Shown here: piece after piece, positions 12,670-25,750 of the stretch | How positions within the stretch are numbered: position 1 is the first letter of the stretch | Layout: each line of letters begins with the position of its first letter | Source: Azolla caroliniana | Lineage: Eukaryota; Plantae; Polypodiophyta | Length of the DNA stretch: 64,000 bases | Assembly: GCA_043228905.1 (NCBI GenBank) | Contig: JBHGNT010000014.1 | Location: forward strand, 16,864,001-16,928,000 | Direction of reading: 5' to 3' | Notes under the pieces: generated by a model | The model's input: only the letters and a program-made list of their open reading frames with translations | Databases searched by the model: none | Told to the model about the DNA's origin: nothing | Program-made: the position numbers and the translations under genes

Positions 12670-13434
12670 TTGAAGAGCTGCTCCAACTCGACATCCAACC
12701 ATGGCACGACGTCCTTCGGCGCCTCAATGGAGGCCTGTCAGCAGGTTATAGAGAAAAGATACACACTCATCCCTCATACGACCACAGTCTCCAAACAACC
12801 CCAAGGAACGCCGGTCGATATATGTGAAGCTCACTTCGAGAGCAACAACACTAGTTTCACTCTCCCCGTTTGCATCAACGGCACAACGTGTGACGCGATC
12901 ATTGACACTGGAGCGGGGGTAAGCATAGTCAGCTACGAAGGTTGGTGTAAGTGGGGGAGCCCGAAAATGTTTCCTTCGGACGTCAAACTCCGAATGGCAG
13001 ATGGGTCTATCCAACGGCCAGAAGGCATGATCCCTGCACACCACTTCACTATCCACGGGGTCGAGATCAATCTCACCTTCGTCATCACAAGATCATCCAA
13101 TCATGTGTCTTACGAGTGTTTACTAGGGAGACCATTCCTACGTGTAAGCCGCCTCGTCATGGATTTTGGGAATGATACAATCTACATGTGCAAAAACAAC
13201 AAAACCTTCCGCATCAAAGCATACACACAAAAGGTGCACGAACAAGAAGGCAGGCCTCTCGTGGACGACTGGTCAGAAACCACCGAGTTCGAGACTAACC
13301 TCCTAGCGTGTAACCCTACAAAGACAATCCAAATCTTGGCTAGCGGTCAGCCGTTTCCTCAAAAATCCACTAATCCTAAGGTAGAGAACGCAGGAGAAAG
13401 AGAGGACCAATCCGTAGCCTCCGATGTGTCATAG
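12670..13434 (+). CDS. Retropepsin-like aspartic protease (copy 1)
   Basis: AIIDTGAGVSIVS...CLLGRPFL. Confidence 0.85.
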   Translation: MKSCSNSTSNHGTTSFGASMEACQQVIEKRYTLIPHTTTVSKQPQGTPVDICEAHFESNNTSFTLPVCINGTTCDAIIDTGAGVSIVSYEGWCKWGSPKMFPSDVKLRMADGSIQRPEGMIPAHHFTIHGVEINLTFVITRSSNHVSYECLLGRPFLRVSRLVMDFGNDTIYMCKNNKTFRIKAYTQKVHEQEGRPLVDDWSETTEFETNLLACNPTKTIQILASGQPFPQKSTNPKVENAGEREDQSVASDVS

Positions 13435-13584
13435 ATGAATTGGGTGCACACCCTCGCCACGACCGATGTAATGTACCCTATTGGTACAAAGTGTCACGAT
13501 GAGGATGGAGGCACGATCTCGTGTTTTAATCTCACCACTCTCGTAACCTAACGAAAACAGGCAGACGTAAGAGACGCAGGCCTA

Positions 13585-14085
13585 GTGCAACGAATCACGC
13601 GCCAAGAAGAGGATGCGACCACTCGGCAAACCTCGACAGAGGTGAACTCCCCGGAACAATTCAAACTCTATGAACAAGGGAGTAGGGCGGTGGCTTGTAA
13701 GAGACCACAACGCACCTCTATTGACATGACGACACACCTACCATGCTTCGCCGACAATGTACCTCTAACAACGGTGATCGACACTGGAGCATCACTAACC
13801 CTTTTCTCCTTCAAAACGTGGTAACATCTAGGTTCCCCAAACCTTGAAGTATGCAATGACAAATTCCTTGGCTTCGATTGTTCTACATCGCCCTACCTCG
13901 GAACCTTCGTGTGTAACATCAAGACAAAATATAGTGACCACTCAATTCGCGTTTGGGTCCTCCCACCAAAAGTGTTGTATACCCCGTGCCTCCTTAGTTT
14001 GGATTGGTGTCACATAAGCGAATGTCTCCTGTCGCCAAGTAGGGAACATCGTCTCCTTCCAAACTTCAAATGGTGTGAGGTCTGA
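13585..14085 (+). pseudogene. Second retropepsin-like domain, in the same frame as copy 1
   Basis: TVIDTGASLTLFSFKTW*HLGSPNL...CLLSLDW, translated by hand through the TAA at 13822-13824. Confidence 0.7.
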
Positions 14086-15156
14086 GAAACTTGTTACAAA
14101 AACTCTCGAATTACGCCCCACTGATGTTGACAAACTCAAGAGCGCGAACCCACCCAACCAAAAAGAACACGCATAACCATCGGTCACCCACGGCCAAAGA
14201 AACGCTAACATCGGAACAAAGACATCTCCGCCATGCAAATGGGTGAACATCCATGCAACTTTCACCGAAGGACAACGCTGTGGAGAACGTGTTATTTGGC
14301 GAGTCAGAAAAGCACTCACAAACGCCCAAGGTTGGCACAAAGGTGCCACTAGCTTCTGGGTCCTGAAACGAAGCCGACTTCCCACCCACGACTATACCAC
14401 GACTGCATGGGACACCTGACAATTGCGCACATCGACCAAATACCCCGCCCAGGTTAAGGCCATATGCCCCGACCGGACTTGGCAACTAAGAGTCTGAATG
14501 CCCCATAGAACTACCACCCGAAGCTCCCCTCCCACAGTGCACCCGGGAGTGTGCACTCATTACGTTAGGGGGGATGTTAAGCCCTTGGATAACACCACGA
14601 CCAGTTGTGAAGAAGAGCGCATCAACAAGGACACAATATGGTTAAAGGACCTACGAAGAGGGAATGACAAGAGGAAAGAGGGCTAAAGGACATCGGAGTG
14701 TGAAAGGCCCATACCCTAAATGTGAAAGCTATATAAACCACATAGTAGTGGCTTTGTGGGGGTTCTCCCATTTGTAAAGATCTCCTATTGATTAAAGCTA
14801 GAGGTTCCTCTCCTCCTTCTTGTAATCTTTGAGCTTAAGAGAGATTAGTGAAGTTTTTAGTTAGAGAACACTAATCTCTCTCCTTGTTGGTGCTAGACCT
14901 CTTAGCAAAGAGGGTTAATAATAGACATACTCTTCCTTCTTATTGTCTATATCTATTAATCTATTGTCTATGAGAGAGAGCTTGAGAGAGTGAGAGAGAT
15001 ATCGTGCTCAATCATTTGCTAATCATTGAGTGAGTGTGAGGTTTGGAGGTATCCGACAACCATCTCTGCCCGATTCGCCATCAAGAGGGTATATGCCGGT
15101 TCGAATTCCGCCACAATATCGAGGAGCTTACTCCATTGATACATAGATCATTAACA

Positions 15157-18100
15157 GAGGTGGAGGGGGGAGAACAACGCGATTTGGAATAGAGTTTGAA
15201 GCATAAGGTTCCAAGAGTGAGACATGGAACACTAGATGAAGACGCATATGTGGAGGGAGATCGAGATGAAAAGCAACTTCATTCATCTATTTAGTGATTA
15301 AATATGGACCAAGATGTTGATAATCCAAATTTTTACAAGGCCTAGTGGTTTTCACATTACGTCGTAAGAGCCATACACGATCTCCAACTTGAAATTTGGG
15401 TTTTTTCGGTGATGAGTTGAGTCGATGACGATCTGCAAATTTCTTATGGGTGGCTTGAGCATGATGTAAATAATGAGAAAGAACAATATGAATTTCCTGG
15501 ATATGACGTAGGTGATCCTCCACAACAGGGTTTTTCGAGATTTTTGGGTGGTTAAGCATTGTCCAAAGGGGATGAACACCCGTGTTGGCAAAGAAGGGAG
15601 TAAGTTTGGTGGAACAATGAATTGAATTGTTGTAAGAAAACTTTGCAAAATGTAAATAATCTACCTAATCATCCTGTTGATAATTGATGAAGCAACGAAG
15701 GTATTGTGCCAAGGTTTGCTGGTACATTCGGTTTGACCATCAGTCTTTGGATGATAGCTTGAAGAGAGTTTTAAATCAATTTGGAGCCCAAATAAGTGTT
15801 TCCAAAATGTTAAGATAAATTGTGGTCCTCGATCACTAAGGATGTCATCAGGAAGACCATGTGTATGGAAATTGGTCTCTCCGGATGGGATACGGTGATG
15901 AATTAAGAGGACCCGGTGAGAACCGGAAGAGAAGACAGATTTGTAAATATATCTTGAATAAGCCCACTGAGGCTATATTTGTAAATAGCCCTAAGTTCAT
16001 ATAACTATAAATATGACTTAGGGCAATCACTTTAGAATGATGAGTGTGGAGCGTGATTGTGTTGGTGTTATATATATTGTTGTAACTGTTGTACAGAGAG
16101 AGGGAGAGAGAGATATACAGAGCTATACTCAGTTGTAACCGCCACTGTGTGAAGAAACAGAGCTCGAGGTCGTTGCCGCCGAGTCTCTGATTGTACCCCC
16201 TTCTCTCCATAGTGATAGTTCAGAGTCTGTGGGCTCTCGTGAATTTTTCCCTATTAGGGTTTTCCACGTAAACATCCTGTGTCATTTTCTTGTCTACTCT
16301 CCACTTCCGATTTTCTGTGTTTGATTCTTATAGAAGTGATTTACTACTCGGTTGTGGCCGAGCGATATTCCGTGCGTTTCTCATCACCATGATGCCGAAA
16401 CACTTCACACATAACCAAATCTACTATTTCTTGACTATTAATAGTCTTTTTGCATGGAAGAAAATGTGTCATCTTAGTGAATTGATCTACAACACTAAGG
16501 ATGGAATCCAAACCTTTGGAATATGGAAGATCATTAATGAAATCCATAGATATAGACTTCCAATGATCATCAGGAACATAAAAGAGTTGGAGTAAACCAT
16601 ATGGTGGATGTTGATGACACTTGGATCGACAACATGCATCACAACTGCGAATGTAGTCTTCAACATAATTACGAAGAAGCGGCCACCAATCATTTCTAGA
16701 AACTAATTCCAATGTTTTATGAACTCCAAAATGTCCAGCCATTGGCATGTCATGGTACTGCTGTAAAATAACAAATCGAGAGTGGCCATCAGGGACATAA
16801 AGTAAATTATTTTGAGAAAGTGTATTATAAGGCCAACGGACCTTGAACAAGAAGCACAATCTGAAATTATATGATTGAAGACAACTTGTGCAAATTCGTT
16901 TGCTTCAAGATTAGTACAAATCATACTTATAAGTATCGAATGCATAGGCGTCTTAAAAGCATTAGCGGTCATCACTTGTAAACGATCAGGACCAAGCAGT
17001 ATCTGCTTTTGATGATCAAAAGTAGGTTCCCCTAATCAAGGTGCCATGTACGAACGTCGAGATAACGCATCTGCCTTTCCTTGGTGTATTGCGGGGCGAT
17101 ACACGATCAAGAAATCAAAGCGATTTAAGACTCGAGCATTTTCGAAATACGTTAAGTTTTTGTGATCATTATAGACATTGATTTGATGGGGAGAAGCTTC
17201 CAAGAAGTGGTGCTAATGCTCAAGTGAGTCTACAATAGCCAAAAGCTCCTTGTCGTGAATCTCATAATTAATTTCTGTAGCTTCAAATTTCCGCGAATGA
17301 AAAGCAATTGGATATAATAGCCCGTCCGAATGAAAATAGGAGCTGATGTGAATGCACATTTTAAGCTTTCAAATGCCTCAGCCACATTAGGATTCCATAT
17401 GAATGGTTGGTTTTTATGTGTTAATTTTGTAAGAGGCAAAACCTTCTTTGAGTAGTTCCTGATGAATTTGCGGTAAAAATTCGCAAATTCCAAGAGACAC
17501 TGGACATCACACACAGATTATGGTGCTTCCCACTCTAAAATTGTTTGCACCTTTGCTGGATCCATAGATATTCCTTTTGGTGATACTATGTACCCTAGGA
17601 ATTCCACTTGGTTGAAATCAAAACTACATTTCTCGAGTTTAGCATAGAGACTATATTTTTGTAATTGTCGTAGAACTTGGCGTACATGCTCTTCATGCTC
17701 TTCTTGAGTCCTGGAAAATATCAAGATCTCATCCAAATAAACGATGGTGAATATATCCAAGAAGTCTCGGAAAATATCATTGGCCATATGCTGAAAAACC
17801 GTAGGAGCGTTTGTGAAAAACTGTATACTCAAAATGCCCATATCGAGTGCGAAATGCAGTTTTCCATTCATCGCCCGAACGAATTCGAACTAGATTATAA
17901 GCAACTCTAAGATCGATCTTTGTAATGTATTTGGCTCCACTCAACCGCACCAAAAGTGTTGGTATTAAAGGTAAGGCATACCTGTTTCGAATTGTGATTT
18001 TGTTTAATCCTCGGTAATCTACGACCAAATGAAGCGATCCATCTTTCTTCTTGACAAAAAATATTGGTGCGCCAACAGGAAATTTGGAATGACGAATAAA

Positions 18101-18181
18101 TCCAGTAGCTAAATTTTCATCGATATAGTCGCGAAGAACCTTGAGCTATGCAAGTGATAAAATATAAATTGGTCCCCACGG
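15157..18181 (-). pseudogene. pol: Chromovirus A pol: RT, RNase H and integrase, degenerate
   Basis: [44 protein letters not shown]...CDAC, GDRVWLL...LGPY. Interrupted by the solo LTR 15862-16386. Confidence 0.9.
15862..16386 (+). mobile_element. Copia-family solo LTR
   Basis: TG...CA termini; perfect TSD CCATG (15857-15861 / 16387-16391); similar to the LTR parts at 28931-29000 and 32188-32442. Confidence 0.85.
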
Positions 18182-18268
18182 TGTTGTGAAAATCCGTCAC
18201 TATGTGCGGATCGTGAGGCGGAACCGCTGGAGTTATGGACGGGAAGGAAATAGGGCTCACACGCGACA
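18182..18268 (-). mobile_element. 87-bp LTR remnant (U5 end) of the tRNA-Trp Gypsy family
   Basis: Near-identical to 27036-27118; ends in CGCGACA. Confidence 0.7.
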
Positions 18269-20947
18269 TAGTGTGGAATCCATATGTGGTAGAACGCACA
18301 TGCTCCCAAGAATCTTCTGACCTCTGTTTGGGACTCACACTCTTTCATCCATCTCTTGGATAGCATTCACCATGGATGGAGATGGCTTCTGGCCATAAGA
18401 TCCACACAAGTGTCCTACTACCAATATTTCTGGTTGACCAAATGCGGACTTCTCTCCCGAAAACGTGAGATTTGCATCCTCAAGCTTTTGCAACACCTTC
18501 TCGCTATCCTTTATATGGTCAATGACGAATCTTCAGCAACCATCTTCATCTTTTAATTCATATTTTTCTTCCACCAAGCATCCTTTGATCGGAATTTCAT
18601 CTAAGAAGGGCATTGTGATATCAGAAATACAATCCTTGAACACTTTGTTCATGGCATTCACCATGTGGGTTATGGAGTTTGTGGCAAGGTGCACATTCTT
18701 ACCAACCCAATCAGTAGCCCGAGTAGAGATCACCAATGGAATAGATGGATCTTCCCGCGAAGGCTTCGGCAAATTCATCCACGCTTGGACCAATTCTGGC
18801 ATTTCGGATCATCACCTTGTTTACGGGTTGGAGATCTTGAATAAAGCTTAAGGACCCATTCTTCTTCGGCACCGTAAACCATCTATTGGAGTAGGGAGCA
18901 TTGGACGGCGCAAGAATTCCCATCCTAACCTTTTCCTTTAGAAGCTCAATCAACTTCGGAATGTGGGCTCTTGGAACTGGTATCAGCTTGAGGTTCCAAG
19001 GTACATCAAGCACCGTAAATATCACCATCGCCTCTATCATCTTCAGGTTGTCACATCCGATTTCTTGTGGAGAGAAGGCGAAGGCTTTCCATGTCTCTCA
19101 AGCATCATCCGGAGCCTTTCTTCTTCTTCAGGGGGGAAGTCATCCTTCCCGACTTGGAGTTTCCCTCTTGATTCATCGGTGAAGGTATGGCCTATCCCTT
19201 TTGGGTCTCTGAGACTTGGATCCTTGGTAGCTTCTTTCATCCTTTGCCAACTATCCTCCAGTAACAGAATAGCTACCGGCTTGACCTTCTTATCTACTGA
19301 TTTATATTTTGTGTTTACTTTGACCAACTCCTCCATGACCCCTCGTCGGCATTCGCCGATGGTGGTATACATGCTGATGGAGTTGATATGAATAGTATGT
19401 TGCTCATGAGGGCTCAAGTCCACGATACTCTCTATTTCTCCGATTGAATCGTTAAATGAGGCTTCCTCCATGACCCATGATATGTTGTCTTATTCTTCTA
19501 ATATTCCTTGTTCTTTTAACTAATGTTCAAAGCTTTGAACATATGACACTTCTCTCTCTCATTGAGTGTCATTAGGTGCTAAATATAGGATTCCTTCTTT
19601 CTTTCTTCTTCATTTCGGGGACTTACTTTCTCTCAGACTATCTTTGCCCCATTCTTCAATAGCCCATCTAAAAATCCGAGGCCTCATCTCCGAGGTTATT
19701 TTGGTTCCTCTCATGATTAGCTCGCACTGTCAAGAATTGAACTGACTTTTGACCATCAAGACTCTTCACCCGAGCGAATGTTGCTCCACTATCGAGCACC
19801 TTAGTCTCCATCCTTGATGATGTTATGTAGGGTTGCCTAAGAATCACCAAATGGGAAGCCGAATCTTGCATAAAAAAGTGTTGGTCGATCTCTACATCCC
19901 CGATTGTGACTTGAATGTTGGGACATGCTCCATAAAGATCTTTTGTTGCCTTCGTCGCCGCACGAATCTTCCATCCATGGTTTGTGTTGATAGGCCATCT
20001 TCCCTTCTTGTAGAAATCCGTCGACATGAGGTTAATCTCTGATCCGTGGTCTATAAGAGCCACAACCGTCTCTTTCTTCTCTCCAATCTTCACTGGAGTT
20101 TCCATTGCCGCTCTCGCCCAATGGGGTCGTGTATAGTGATTGTCCACTAGATCTTCTTTCTCTTCCATTCTTGTCACAGTTATGGCATTGGTTGTCACCT
20201 TTGTCAAAATTCCCTCTTCCTCATCCGCTTGTTGTCTTTTACGTTTGATAAGATCGACGATGGTCTCATGGAACTCCGTCTTTGCAATTCCAAGTAGTTC
20301 TCTCAATGTAAGGTCAATACGGCTATCAAGCACTCTTTCTTCAAGAACCTTTCTTAAGTTAGTTGTTTGTTCAATATCCAACCTTAATTTGTATGTTGGC
20401 GTCAATCTATCCTTCCCCTTCTTGGCACTCTCTTCAATGGGTTGAGTCGGTTCCTCGGTTCTCTTGTTTGAGCTTCCATCTTCTTGACGTGTGGTCTTGA
20501 TCATCTCTTCCTTCTTCTTAAAGCTTCTTGTGTCATGTTTCTTAGAAGGGCCTTCATCTAGATCCGTCCTCTTCCACTTCTCATCCACAAACACTTTGTG
20601 GGTTTCGCATATGACCTCTGTGGAGATCGTGTTGTTATCAACTGGATCCGCCCACCTGGTAAGGTCTAGTACATGAAGGTTGGCTAGCTTTACATCATCC
20701 AAATTAATCTTCCCTTTTTATTTGTATTCGAGGGCGGTCGGCTAGAACCCCATTCCCGGTTTAATCATTCCAAGCTTCTCATTCCCGATTCTTATACCGG
20801 CGGATGCGGCATAGTGTATAGCTTCGACGTGGCTCGCATCTGTCAGGAATACTACTAAGACAGAGAAGGACTTAGTACTAAAAGAAGTATTAGTACTAAG
20901 AGAGGTGAAGAACTCTCAAGAGAAGGAAAGAGTGAGTGAGAGGGAGG

Positions 20948-20990
<43 letters not shown>

Positions 20991-21208
20991 AGAAAAGATA
21001 TATATTATGTGAAGAAAATGTACAGTAACTAGGAGGCTTAAGACTGGCGTTGAACCGATTTGGTTCGAAATAATGCCTTGTGCCTCCTTTTATAGTGTTC
21101 TAAGGAATACTCATGAAGTTTCTAGAATGTTCCAGAGAAATCTGGAATATACATCAATTTTCTATAATAAAACATAAATGAAAATAATATTCTACGTATT
21201 ACAATATA

Positions 21209-21263
21209 TAATCTAATGGTCAAGAGCTCGACCCATGTAGCGTAAGGTCATGGGTTCGAGTCT
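21209..21263 (+). promoter_or_regulatory. tRNA-like Pol III A/B-box module in LTR U3, antisense to the element
   Basis: A-like TAATCTAATGG(TCAAGA) at 21209 and B box GGTTCGAGTCT at 21253, starts 44 nt apart as in tRNA genes. Confidence 0.6.
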
Positions 21264-24200
21264 TTCTATATCATGACACTATCCTCCCTTTAAAACGATG
21301 AGTGTAACGAGTCGTTTTGGATTGAGGACCCAGTTTGTCTGGATATTGACGATGGAAGTCTTCAAGAAGAGCACGAGCATTGGTGACATTCTCTATCGGT
21401 TCCCAAGTACGCTCGCTGGGACTATATCCTAGCCAATCGACTAGATAGTAGAGCTTGTTGCGAACAAACTTGGAATCAAGGATGGCAACAACCTCGTACT
21501 CAGGTCCATCTTCAAGCTCGATCGGGGGTGGAGGCTGTGTAATACGGCCTGGGATGGTGCTCTCTTGATAGGGTTCGAGGAGAGAACTATGAAACACCGG
21601 ATGTATCCGAAGTTGTGGAGGTAGATCAAGACGAAAAGCGACATCATTAATCTTTCCTATAATACGGAAAGGACCTAATCGCCGATAATCCAACTTCTCG
21701 CATGGGCGAGTAGTCTTGATGTGTCGTCGGAGTAGCCATACCCGATCTCCAATGTTAAAACTAGATGGGAGTCGATGACGATCCGCATAAACCTTGTGTG
21801 TTTGTTGAGCTTGTTGGAGATGAGTAGACAAATCCGCTTGTATCTTGCGTAACCTCTCCAAATGATCCTCTGCGCAAGGATTTGTGGACACCTCTAGGGT
21901 TTCAAGTACACACCACCGAGGGTGACATCCCGTATAAGCATAAAATGGCGTAACTTTCGTGGATGCGTGGATAGAGTTGTTATAGGCAAATTCGGCGAAG
22001 TGGAGAATATCTGCCCAGTCATCCTGATGATAGCTGAGAAAGCACCTCCAACGTTTGATTGGTTCGTTCGGCTTGGTCGTCGGTTTGTGGGTGGTAGCTG
22101 GAGGAGAGGTTACAACTGACCTTGAGCATGTTAAAAAGGTGCTTCTAGAATTTTGACACGAACTGGGGTCCACGGTTGCTGATGATATTATCGGGAAGTC
22201 CATGATGCCGACATACTTCACGCATGACAATTTCGGCAGTGTCTTCACTGGAGATCTCCTTAGTACATGGCAAGAAATGAGCCATCTTCGTATATCGATC
22301 GACCACCGTTAGAATCGCATTGAACCCCTTAGAGACTGGAAGATCTGTGATGAAGTCTAGAGCAATGGACTGCCACGGCTTGCTTGGAATTGGTAATGGT
22401 TCTAATAAAGCATATGGATGATGCCTTGGTATTTTCGCTCTGCAGCATGTATCACAAGTCCGAACAAAATCCTCGACAAATTGTCGCATATAGGGCCACC
22501 AGAATGATCGTTGTACTAAATGTAGTGTTTTAGTACTACCAAAATGCCCAGCTGTATATGTGTCATGACAGTTTTGTACTACTTGAAGGCGGCAAGAACC
22601 ATTAGGAACATACAAAAGTTCTTTAAAGAAGAGTAATCCATCATGGTATTTGAATTGCCGATAGTCCGTACCTGGTGGTTGCGACTGTGAACACGACGCT
22701 CGAGAGGGATCAATTTGTGCTAGTATAGCTTGGGCGAATGCATCTGTCTTCAAGTCTTTGCGTATGGTATCGATAACGCGGGAATCCATGGGCATGTCAA
22801 AGATCTGTGTTGCTTGTAGTCGTGCCGGTCCCAAGATGACTGTTTTTGGTTATCGAAAGCTGGCTCGCTGGGACGGGGTGCTAGATACGAACACCGTGAT
22901 AATGCATCTGCCTTCCCTTGGTGCTTCCCCAGATGATATGTAATTTTGAAGTCGAAACATGTGAGGAAGTGGGCCCACCGAGCTTGACGTCGATTCAACA
23001 CACGAGCATCCTGAAAGTAGGCAAGGTTCTTATGGTCACTAAATACGGTGACTGGATGAGAGGATCCCTCCAGAAAATGCCTCCATTGCATAAAAGAATC
23101 CACTATTGCCAATAGCTCCTTATCATGAATTTCGTAGTTGATTTCAGCGGCGTCAAACTTGGGTGAGTGAAAAGCCACAGGATGTAGCTTCTCATCATTC
23201 CCCTATTGTGACAGAATGCTCCCCAATGTAAAATCCGATGTGTCAGCTTCCATAATGAATGGTTTTTCCGGATCGACATGAGCTAGAATTGGAGCTGAGG
23301 TAAATGCCTTTTTAAGACTCTCGAAAGCCACATCCGTTTCGTCAGACCAGATGAACGGTTGTCCCTTCCTGGTAAGTTGTGTGAGAGGTAGAACGATCTT
23401 TGAGTAATCTTGTATGAACTTCCGGTAAAAATTGGCAAAGCCTAGGAAGCATTGCATATCCCACACCGAACGCGGAGTCTGCCATTCTACCACCGTTTTG
23501 ACCTTAGCTGGGTCCATGGAGATGCCTTCTAACGAAATGATGTAGCCGAGAAATTCCACTTGGTTGCATCCGAAACTACATTTTACCAGCTTTGCATACA
23601 GACCATGTTCTCGAAGTCGTTTTAGTACTAATAATACATGAGAATCATGTTCTTCTTGGGTCTTTGAATAAACCAGTAGATCATCCAAATAGATGATCAA
23701 ACAATCATCCAAAAGATCTCAGAATATATCATTAGTCATGTGCTGGAAGACTGCCGGTGCATTAGTGAGGCCGAACGGCATGACCGTATACTCGAAGTGC
23801 CCATATCTGGTGCGAAACACGGTCTTCCATTCGTCTCCTGGTCGGATCCGTACGAGGTTATATGCTCCCTGTAAGTCAATCACCATTGATCCGTTCTAAA
23901 AGACTTGAGATAAGGGGAAGAGCATACCTATTCCTAATTGTAACCTTATTCAGGCCACGGTAATCTACAACGAGACAAAGCGATCCATCCTTTTTCTTGA
24001 CGAAGAAAATGGGCGTGCCCGCTGGAGATTTTGAATGCCGGATGAAACCATTTTCCAAATTCTCCTCTATATAGGCCCAAAGGACTTCCAGCTCGGTTGG
24101 TGACAAATTGTAGATCGGTCCCCATGGCGACTCTTTTCCCGGTTGTAAATCGATGGGGTAATCGTACGGTCGATGATGAGGAAGTGTGTTGGCTTGTACT

Positions 24201-24793
24201 TTATCAAACACATCGGCGTAATGACGATACTTCTCGGGAAGTTGAACGGTGGATTCTTCTTTAGTGGTGCTGGAGGGGTTTACTGATATTGCAAAGAGGA
24301 ACATTTCCTCCTTGTGCCCTTCTTTACGCAACTGACGTAACAAAATGGCTGCCATCTTCTGAGTTGACCCTTGGGTTTGTCGACACCGGATTTCTCTTGT
24401 TCTCCAATCTATGTCTGGGTTATGTAACTCGAACCACGGTAATCCTAAAACTATGGGATGTTCTGGGATACTAATAATATTAAATGATACTACACATGCT
24501 AAGTTATCTAGGACAATATTAATGGGCTCTGACTCTTCTATGATATTTCCGGAAGCAATGGGACGTCCATCAATGACTACTACAGAGGCTGGACACTGGA
24601 GTTTTCTTAGGGATATCTTATAAGCTTGAGCAAATTTCTTATCCATAAAGCAAGAGTTAGCTCCGAAATCTAGGAGTGCTAGGACATGTACTGGAGGGGT
24701 ACTTTTAGTACTAACTATTACTTGGGCTACGAACACATCACTAACTTGCTTAGAGGGAATGGAACCACTAATGGGCTGCACAGATCTAGAGCT

Positions 24794-24838
24794 GTCCAAC
24801 CAAACGGCTCCTATTTTGGCTGGACTTAGTCGTTTAAC
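24794..24838 (-). promoter_or_regulatory. Putative -1 ribosomal frameshift signal at the gag/pol junction
   Basis: Minus strand: G TTA AAC, 6-nt spacer, then an 11-bp stem GTCCAGCCAAA/TTTGGTTGGAC. Pol is in the -1 frame relative to the gag stop. Confidence 0.7.
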
Positions 24839-25579
24839 TCTTCTTCTAACTGACTAAGGACATCAAATCTGTTCGCTAGATCTGGGCTATTAGTACTATT
24901 ACGACTATCAGATATCCCTACTGAAATAGGCTCGGGTTTAGTACAATTAGAACTAACGACTATTTGGTTTACCTGTCTTCTTGGCCTATGGGGGCAATTT
25001 ATTGCAATATGTCCTGGTCCACCACATTAAAGACATAGTCGATTTGTATGGCGTTGCTGCTTTTCTTCTTCGGATAATGGCCCTCGACGACGTGTAGTGT
25101 CAATCTCCATCGGAGTCGGAGTATTCGCTAGAGGCACATTATATGACTCCCTCGGAAAAGGTCTTGCTACCACTGAGGCGTAGGTGGGCTCTGATCTTGC
25201 CCTCGGCATCTGTAGCTATCGTTCTGAACATCACTCAAAGAGGTGGTTGGCACATCTCACCGCGTGACTGATTGCTTCTGTTAAGGACTTTGGCTCTTCG
25301 GGGAAGGTCAAGAGTAAATCCTTGACATCATTGCTTCGAGTTGTTGCACGCGTAACGCAAGTTCCCCATGTTGTTGTTGCGTTTGCTGCTTTTCTAAGGA
25401 GATTTGCTGAAGATCCCCCAGCAACCGTTGGTTTTCTTGTTCCAAAGCATGGAACTTCTCTTTCAAGCATTGAAATTCCGAGAAAACAGATTGATATTCT
25501 TCAGCGCTAACAGTGGCCATGGGATGAAAGAAAAGAGGAATAAGAGATTAGTAGGAAATGAGAGAGACAGAAGGTAGGG

Positions 25580-25591
25580 AAATCGGTTCAA
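25580..25591 (-). promoter_or_regulatory. Self-priming PBS (Tf1 type)
   Basis: The PBS-position 12-mer (AAATCGGTTCAA on +) is the exact reverse complement of LTR sequence 25815-25826, which lies ~33 nt downstream of the minus-strand TATA (25853-25859). Confidence 0.8.
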
Positions 25592-25696
25592 ACTGTCAGG
25601 AACAGTACTAAGACAGAGAAGGACTTAGTATTAAAAGAAGTATTAGTACTAAGAGAGGTGAAGAACTCTCGAGAGAAGGAAAGAGTGAGTGAGAGG

Positions 25697-25750
<54 letters not shown>

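Larger units (their letters stand above)
8206..15156 (+). mobile_element. Complete non-autonomous LTR element (Gag + two protease-like domains, no RT/RH/INT)
   Basis: LTRs 8206-9071 and 14575-15156 (TGTTAA...TTAACA); perfect TSD GAGGT (8201-8205 / 15157-15161); PBS 9078-9095; PPT AGGGGGGA 14567-14574. Confidence 0.9.
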
